A DNA stretch of 57,627 bases, filler included, from Sphacelaria rigidula (taxonomy: Eukaryota), in the NCBI GenBank assembly GCA_964200075.2. It is 8 parts of 8 records of this genome, joined end to end, with 100 filler letters (N's around TTAATTAATTAA, not from the genome) between each part and the next. Parts side by side here need not be neighbours in the genome. Positions count along the whole stretch, not along the records: positions 43,297 to 50,412 come from CAXNAA020016413.1; positions 50,513 to 57,627 come from CAXNAA020016414.1; 6 more parts are not named here. One strand, 5' to 3'. The first letter of the stretch is position 1. Every line of letters begins with the position of its first letter. The translations under genes and the position numbers were made by a program. The notes beneath the pieces were generated by a model. The model searched no databases. It saw only the letters and a list, made by a program, of their open reading frames with translations, and had not been told where the DNA came from. Positions 50,191 to 57,627 of this stretch are shown here, piece after piece.

Positions 50191-50323
50191 GTGCGTTGCT
50201 GTCGGTAGGTTTCGTTTGGCCTTTTTCCATCATTCACTGTGCTCTATTGGGGTGCTGATTGGTAAATACGTGGTTGCCCACTCGTTTCTATGAACAATCG
50301 TTACTGCACTGAGGGCGACATGG

Positions 50324-50412
50324 TGTAATGAGTGAGAGGACCGCGTGCTTAGAGGACCGCGCCGTAGTTCAAAACACCGCAGGATTGATCTACGGCGCGG
50401 TCCTCTAAGCAC
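50324..50412 (+). mobile_element. MITE family A short variant, cut by the contig end
   Basis: Left TIR followed after a short spacer by its own mirror CTACGGCGCGGTCCTCTAAGCAC. Confidence 0.7.
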
Positions 50413-50924
50413 NNNNNNNNNNNNNNNNNNNNNNNNNNNNNNNNNNNNNNNNNNNNTTAATTAATTAANNNNNNNNNNNNNNNNNNNNNNNNNNNNNNNN
50501 NNNNNNNNNNNNATTGCAAACACTCCACGCGGGAACATACCGTCGTTGGCAAACCGTTCAGTGTTTCCTGCGTGTCCTCCCCAACGCAATGACGTTTAGC
50601 GCCGGCTCCCTCAGCGGGATGCGACACCCCCAGGACAAGCGTGTAGGTGAAACAAGGGCGGAAGTAATAGAGAGCGTGGTTAGTATACGTTGGAAGTCTT
50701 GGGGTACATGAAAATATGGCTCGGTTTTATACCACGTGACGCAGATCGAAACGTCATGTGGCGGGCGGTGAATTCGGCGTTTCGGCCTTGCGAACCAGAT
50801 AGATGAAACGATTACAAGCGGAATCCTGCTCAACAAGCATGATGAGTACAGGCAGCGCAAAAGGCAAGGCCCTGCAAACCGCCTGCACCCGCGCCGTAAA
50901 AAAAACATCGCGAGCGCCAAACAC

Positions 50925-51180
50925 TATACGAAATTACCGGAACATCAAATTAAAAATAGTGCAGCTCGAAAGAGCAAGACGACGTCGGCGTAAATGATGA
51001 GACAATCAAAAATAAAATACAAAATTTCCACAACGTGAAATAAAAAATAGTGCAGCTCGAAAGGGCGAGACGACGGCGGCGCAAATGATGAGACAATCAA
51101 AATAAAGTACCACATTTACCGAACATGAAATGAAAAATAGTCCAGCTCGAAAGAACAAGACTACGGCGGCGCAAAATTAT
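50925..51180. repeat. ~90-bp tandem repeat, about 3 copies
   Basis: AAAAATAGTGCAGCTCGAAAG..AGACGACG.CGGCG.AAAT at ~50952, ~51043 and ~51133. Confidence 0.85.
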
Positions 51181-51589
51181 AAAGCACTCAAAGTACCATC
51201 GAGGGGCTCAAAAGACAGTCATGGTACACGCGGCACCCGAAGATGCAGACAATATGAGTATGTAAAATGAAAGAAAAGCAAACAAGATTGAAATAGAAAT
51301 GGAAGCTTTACTGCATGCGCATTCCACAAATCCTCACGGCCACAATAAAAAATATTAAATATTGACTGATCACGGTGGGTTGATTGTCCTAGTTCAATAT
51401 GCAACAAAACTATCGAAACAGTATGGAGAATGCCTCGAACACGATCATTGCTGGTTAGGTACAGCGGCGATAGTATGGCTGAACAGGTGTAGGTCAGAAA
51501 ACGTACATCCGACAGTAGGCGGTAGAGGCAAAAACAAAACAACAAGCGGGGCAACAATAGCAAACCACGGTAGCAGAAAGCACGGTGGA

Positions 51590-51693
51590 AACAGCAGCAG
51601 CAGCACCAACAACATACGACAACAATAACAACAACAACAGTAGCAGTAACACAGCAGCAGCAGCAGCAGCAGCAACAGCAACAGCAACAACAT

Positions 51694-51766
<73 letters not shown>

Positions 51767-51796
51767 GTCGTAATAGGCAACAGCAACAACAACAGC

Positions 51797-51854
<58 letters not shown>

Positions 51855-51916
51855 GCAACAACAGTAGCAGTAACACAGCAGCAGCAGCAGCACAGCACAC
51901 ATAGCAGCAGCAGCAA
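51590..51916. repeat. Compound (CAA)n/(CAG)n microsatellite
   Basis: Seen directly. It explains the poly-C/L/V ORFs in the track. Confidence 0.95.
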
Positions 51917-52756
51917 CTTCCAGGAGAGGAGGATCGGTCCTAAAAAAGTTGGTTATGAAAGGTGCTGTCGTTAATCGAGGCGACCGCAGTACAGAACAGT
52001 ACGGGCAGCCGCGGGTTCAAAACGAATTTTTAAATTCCCGGCCAACCCATACACATAAATAGGAACAGGTGAGATCCCGACTAGTAAAGAGCTTCCAACA
52101 GGATGCGGCGACCGGCGGGCCGCCTGCCACTCGTGGCATTGGATGATACTTTTGTCACCGTCACCTTGCCACACAGCTCTTCGTAGTCGGGGTGGGCCAC
52201 CATTTTCCCCTTCGTTGCATGCGGTTAATTCTCTTGTAAAATAGCAACCAAAATTGAGACTTGTCTCACCCAACAAGTCATGAGGAGACAACGCGAAGAA
52301 AGAACAAGAGGGCAATGACCAGCCCGCGCCCGATTCTCCCACACCTCAAACGAGAAAAACCAAGGGTGCCTCAAAAAGCGCAATTACACAATTGCGGTTG
52401 ACTGCGCAGTAGCACACAATGCTTTGATGCGCTAGCTAGATAAAAAACAAAGGAAAGCCTCGCAAAGGACACAGGGGCAATCTCAAGCAGGGAAACAGAA
52501 ACTCAAGGACCCGAATAGGGTCGAGTGCCAGCCGGGCAAAGTGGTGGCAGCGTAGAGGCCAATGGAAGGGGGCGAAGGGGATCCAAAGGAAGGCGTCGAA
52601 GGGGTTGATGAGGGCAGAGATGAGCCGTGATAGGAGAGCCATAGTAGGTGAAGCAGTGAAGAGGAGAGCGTACCTGAGTGGGGATAAGGGAAGTACCAGA
52701 ACCAAACTTGGAGGGGAGAGAAAAATCGCGATAAAGGGGGTGCAAAGAGATTGGAC

Positions 52757-55480
52757 TCAAGATGGTGCATTGATGTCGTGTGTACGATCGATATTGCGCT
52801 GAAGGCCTCGGCGTAGGCCGTGTGACTCGAAGCGTTGCAGGCACCATGAACCGCGGTGTGCGGAGGGGCTGGTCGTGTATAAATCGGGGCGAAGCTTGAG
52901 CTGAACGGGCCCAGGGTCGTCGAGGAAACGCACGATGTACGTGTCGGCCGCGAGGGCATCGACGGAGTGGATCTGATCTAGCCACCAGAGGTAATCGCTG
53001 CCCTTATACCACAAATGGGCATCTTATGGTGTTGTTTTATGCGAATCTTTTCGTCCCATTGTTTGGTGGGTACGAGTTCGTAACTATCGGCTACAAAACG
53101 TAGTCCTTTGCCGCGGTGGAGTTCGCGGGCTGCAGCACCGCGTCTCATGTTGCGATATACCTTGCTGTCAGCGAGCTGTTGCTGGGGGATGGTGTCCAAT
53201 AAAGAAGGATAGCACGACGTTGCAGTTGAAGGTCGGACTCGCGTTCCCAAGACGCATCCCGAAGACCTTGCCAATGTGTCTTGTGCATAAGAGCAATTTT
53301 GCCGCCAGGACCTCGAGTGATTGGGTGGCCGACAATGTGGGACATAGCGAAGCGGAGAGATTGTTCAGTCACGTCATGGGTGGTAACGTGGTACGGTGGA
53401 GATTTTGTTGAGTAGCTGTTGAGCACGTATTGAGTGAGACCTGCAGGCAGGTGTTGAGGCATGTCAGTAGTGTCATGCGGGTTCGTGTAAGGTGTGAAAC
53501 GATGCACAGAGATGCGCGGTTTAGCGTCATATCCCTGGAAGTCACGAGGTAAATCGAGGTAGAGGAGTTTGTCGCCAACAGGCTTGCCATCTGGAGACGT
53601 TGGCGAGGGTCCTCCTATGAGAATCTTGAACGAACCCGTCCAATTAAGGGGCAGTTTGGCCTTCAAGACTGTTGCATGGGCAGTGCGGTCAGCGCCTTGA
53701 CGGATTGTGGACAAACTGTTGTAGATCCAGACCCAATCGCCGATTTTCCAAGTAGGGCGTTTGTGCATCAAGTTGTAGAGGGCGGTATTGGATCTTTCAA
53801 GGCGTGAGGCATTGATAGCATGTTGTTCGCGCACCAAAGTGAAGGACTTGCGCTGACGAGCCCTGGCGAGGTCGTGGTAGGACAGCTGATTCTGTTCCAG
53901 ACCTTCGTGACCATCGAAGGTATGTCTTTCGAAAACGGTGATGGGGAGACGAGGGTAGCGTCCAAGATGCAGCTCGTTGGGCGAGAGGCCTATAACCGCG
54001 TTAACCGAGTTGTTGTAAGACAGCATGACGTGCGAAAGATGGAGGTCCCACTCATTCTGGCGGTCGTTTACGCCCAGGGATAGCATTTGAGCCATAGTGT
54101 GGTTCACACGTTCAGTTCCACCGTTACCGTTAGGGTGGTAGGCGCTCGTGGCAATTTTACGAATGCCGAGGAGCTTGTACAAAGCATCCGAGAGTTCGGA
54201 GCACAATTGTTGACCATTGTCGGAGAGGAGCCGTTTTGGGCAGCCATAGTGTGTAATGTAGTCATGGACGAGAATGTCCGCTGTGCCGGCAGCAGTGAAA
54301 TCGCTAGCAGTAACAGTGTACATAGACGCGTGACGGCTGAAGCGATCGATGAAAAGCAGAATGTAAGTATCACCACAGTCAGTGGTGGGTAAGGGGCCGA
54401 AGTAGTCAAGCGATACGAAGTGCCCAGGAGCGTTTGGAAGTTCCATGGAAATCACCGGCCATCGTATAGTCTGTCGAGAGGTTTTGCGAGCCTGACATTT
54501 GAAACATCGTCGGATCCAAAAACGCGTGGATGCTTCCATGCCCATCCACCAATAAAAGCGTTCAAGGAGCGTTAACGTGCGCGTGACGCCTAAGTGGCAG
54601 GACAATCAGAGTGACAGCCCTTCATGGCCCACGGACGCATCATGATAGGGACATAGATGCGGATAGGGGCGTCATGACGCATATGTGCCGGAGTGGCAGT
54701 TGTTACTGCAGCAGCCGTGCCCGAATAGGAGTTGGATCGGCGAACAAGAAAATGGACGTCGTTGTCAGTCGTGAAGATAGTACCTTTGCGTGTAAGCTCG
54801 AGCACTTCAGAGGCGGTGGGGGCGGGTAGAGTGCCCACGGGGGTCAGGATCTCAGCTGGGAAATGGGTGGGGCAGTTAAGCCGTAAGTCCCGCATTGTCG
54901 CGCGACAGAGTGGCTCCTGTTGTTGGTCGCGAGCCCAATCGCGGTGAGCGTAGCTAGCGAGAATTTCTCGAAGTTATCCTTCAGCCGGAGAGCCAACCAA
55001 ACATGGTGGCTCAGGAAGGGGTGGCACAGGGGAGGAAGCAGGGGTGCCGACGTCAACATCTTGATCCGGAAGCGGATCTGACGCATGCGTATCGCGAGTC
55101 AGAGGCGCAGGTGCAGGGAGATTCCCAGAAGGCGGCGTGGGGGTAGCGCGAACTGATGAACGTGATCGGCACGTTGGGCGCTCAAGGGGCGTGGACTTTG
55201 TCGGTACAACACTGGGCACGCGAGCAGTTGTGGTAGGTGTTGTACGGCTCGTGGGGGCACGAGGCGGAGGCGGCGACGTATTGCTAGAAGCTGCCGACGG
55301 CGGCGGTGGTATCACGGCACGCGAAGAATTTGCACGAGCTGCCGACCGAAAACGCGTGTTGTCGGGGATGAGGTGAACAGTTGGTGGTAGCGGCGCCGAT
55401 ATGTTCTCGCGAGGGCCGAAAGTGCGGAAGTCGGTAAAATCAGCAGCTGTGGGCGCTAAACCACCCAAAACTGCATCAGG
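52757..55480 (-). mobile_element. 3' half of a Ty3/gypsy pol (Pro-rich linker, integrase, chromodomain, extra C-terminal module), 5'-truncated and frameshifted
   Basis: ORF 53145-54605 has HHCC (HLGVTRT...CFKC), DDE (SLDYFGP, LSDNG, TERVN), WTGSFKI and chromodomain-like HWQGL..ASWERE. Frames are broken at ~54600, ~53190 and ~53020. Confidence 0.92.
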
Positions 55481-55564
55481 GGGCAGAAGGCGCCCCCCCC
55501 CCCCATGTGCATGGTGCTGTCTGAAGGAACAAACAACGCCTCTTTATCTTCCTTCCTCATAACA

Positions 55565-55665
55565 ACATGCTGATAACATGATGCCAATCTCTCGAGCGAA
55601 TGGGAATCGCCGAGCGAGGACACACAAAGGGCACGGGCGAGGAGCTTCCTCTCTGCCGTTACTCC
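55565..55665 (-). repeat. Interspersed repeat shared with 14433-14540
   Basis: Reverse complement matches CCGTGTCCTTTGTGTGTCCTCGCTCGGCGATT...GCTCGAGAGACTGGCATCAT. Confidence 0.65.
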
Positions 55666-57231
55666 TCCGGTGGTATCGTCGTCGATACGCGTGTACACCG
55701 CATCCGTTCGGTGCACCTAGCCACAACAGCTTGTTGAGTTGAAATTGGATTTCGACCTGATCGTCAGGAGCCGAAAACCAAGTGGCAAAACACCAAAATC
55801 CTCAAGATCCTTTGGTCTTTACACAAAGCATGAACAGAGGCTGAGATATCTTCAGGTGTTTCCGGGCCTCTCCTGGTATTATCCGGGACAGGAACAGCCG
55901 GAAAACAAACTTGGGAATCGGAAAACTCAAACTTGATTGAGCTCTAGAGGTGTTTCAAACAAAAGGGGGGGAAATGAGGAATATCGATTCTCCCGAATCG
56001 ACATTTTGAGTTTTCGCAGACATTCTACGTAATATTTGGAATTATCCTGTATGAAGCCGTGTCTTCGCAAATTCTTTTTCGATATAAAAATTGCGGTGGA
56101 AAACAAAATTTCCACCTGCATGATGATAGGTCGTCATGATGTCAACATAAATAATTGAAGATGGCTGGAATCACGACCTTTCAGGCCAGATTTGTTTTTT
56201 CCACCGCACATTTTCGATCAGAAAAACAATGTGCTAAGACACGCCCTAACCGGTCTAATAACCTTTCGACTGCGAGCGAGAAAGCGATACCGATTGAGGC
56301 CGTGTCGTATCAAATTGTTCTCGACTCAAAAACGTGCGGTGGAATTGAATTTGTATTCATACCTGGTTGTCAGAAAAGGTATCCTTGGACGCCTTTGACG
56401 TGATCGCCGAGGTTGGTGCTTATGGCGATTAAGCCAAGCGAGTAGGCACACTGTCTTTGGAGTATGGACAGAAGATGGTGTTAAAGGTACCGCTTGTGGG
56501 CAAAACAGTCCAGAACAACCCACCGTGTATAACGGCCAGGGGAGAAGAGTAAGAGATACGCTACTACCGCTACCCTCCTTATCAGACCAACGACCACCGT
56601 AGACAGTACCGGTGATCCACTCAATGTCTTCAAACAAAAACAACACGACCTCTTTTACGAAGCGTTGACGAGAATGATCTCCAAAGCCTCATTTCCTCAC
56701 CCTGGTACGCCCACGGCATCAATGTTGTCAACCATCTGAGAAAATGAATAACGCGGACGAATCAGATCGACCGTATTCGATTCGACCACACGCCACGACG
56801 AAAACACTTTTTTACCTGATGAGGCACAGCCTGGCACAAAGACCACTACTCGTGGTCAAAGGGTTTACCTCTAACCTTTGGATGTCAGGGCAGGTCATCT
56901 GTTGAAGCGGCTTCACTTTTACTTGAAAACTTACTGCGCTTCCCGTATGACCTTCCCTCCTTGCGGTCAAAGGGTCAACAGCGCAGTTTTCACCTACGCA
57001 CATCTGCCGTGTACCTTATTATGTTCACACAATTGGTCTGTGTTTCGGTGAATATTTCCGCCGGTATATGTACATAGCCATTTATTGCATTCGTTATTAC
57101 TACTGCTGTAGACGTACCTCAAAAGGCTCCCGCGGTATATAATGCACAGTATTTACAGTTGAATATATATATCATCGGGAACCTCGAACTTGCGAAATAC
57201 CTCCATATATATTGCTCTCCGAGTGCGTGTT

Positions 57232-57627
57232 AACAGCCTGGATCCGTTTTTGAGGTTCAACATTTTAATGAGTTTCAAGTCGAAAACAGTGCTTTCCCTG
57301 ACCTGAAGTCATGACCAACGAATTTCACATGGACGACCTCATGCCCCCTGATCTCAAGAAGACTATTTTTGGGAGTTGACCGTCTCCCGTGCCCCCAAAG
57401 CGCACGTGCGAAGGCATCTTTTCGCCTCGATATTGGGGCGAAAAAGGGGATGTTTTCAGCCCGGAATTGGTGCTTTCGCACATACACTTGGGGGGCACGG
57501 AAGACGGGCAACCCCCGAAAATAGTTGTAAGGAGGACGGGGGGCATGAGGCCGTCCAAACAGCCGATCATCTATGTTGAGGATGGTGCTTTTCATTGAGG
57601 ATGAGAACCCGGAGGATTAAAATCTTC
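57232..57627 (+). repeat. Repeat family F terminus and body, cut by the window end
   Basis: AACAGCCTGGATCCGTTTTTGAGGTTCAACATTT as at 36378. Segment 57563-57612 matches 37135-37184. Confidence 0.7.

Noticed and set aside
51219..51916. Poly-Cys/Leu/Val proteins in the ORF track
   Set aside because: These are translations of the CAA/CAG microsatellite.

Overview
This is not one locus. It is eight unrelated contigs of 7115-7116 bp (1-7116, 7217-14332, 14433-21548, 21649-28764, 28865-35980, 36081-43196, 43297-50412, 50513-57627) joined by artificial 100-bp N44-TTAATTAATTAA-N44 linkers. The DNA is eukaryotic, with short GT-AG exons in long repeat-filled introns. A brown alga (Phaeophyceae) is the likeliest source, but that is inferred from gene architecture and gene content, not proven. 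Host genes recovered by manual splicing: the last four exons of a GH114 polygalactosaminidase, four exons of the TSG101/Vps23 UEV domain, an intronless TPT/SLC35E-type transporter, an intron-retaining CDC5 pseudogene, and one exon of an unknown membrane protein. The rest is mostly mobile DNA: a decayed intron-containing pogo/Tigger transposon with an apparent N-terminal PHD finger, two decayed chromodomain Ty3/gypsy elements, tRNA-derived SINEs, LINE remnants, and several MITE families, some with clear TIRs and TSDs. Two MITE families carry telomere-like CCCTAA arrays. I found no CRISPR array, rRNA, intact tRNA or prokaryotic system. The best candidates for novelty are the chromatin-reader domains on the transposons and the telomere-repeat-bearing Ginger-like MITE. 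All family calls come from motif recognition by eye; no database search was run.
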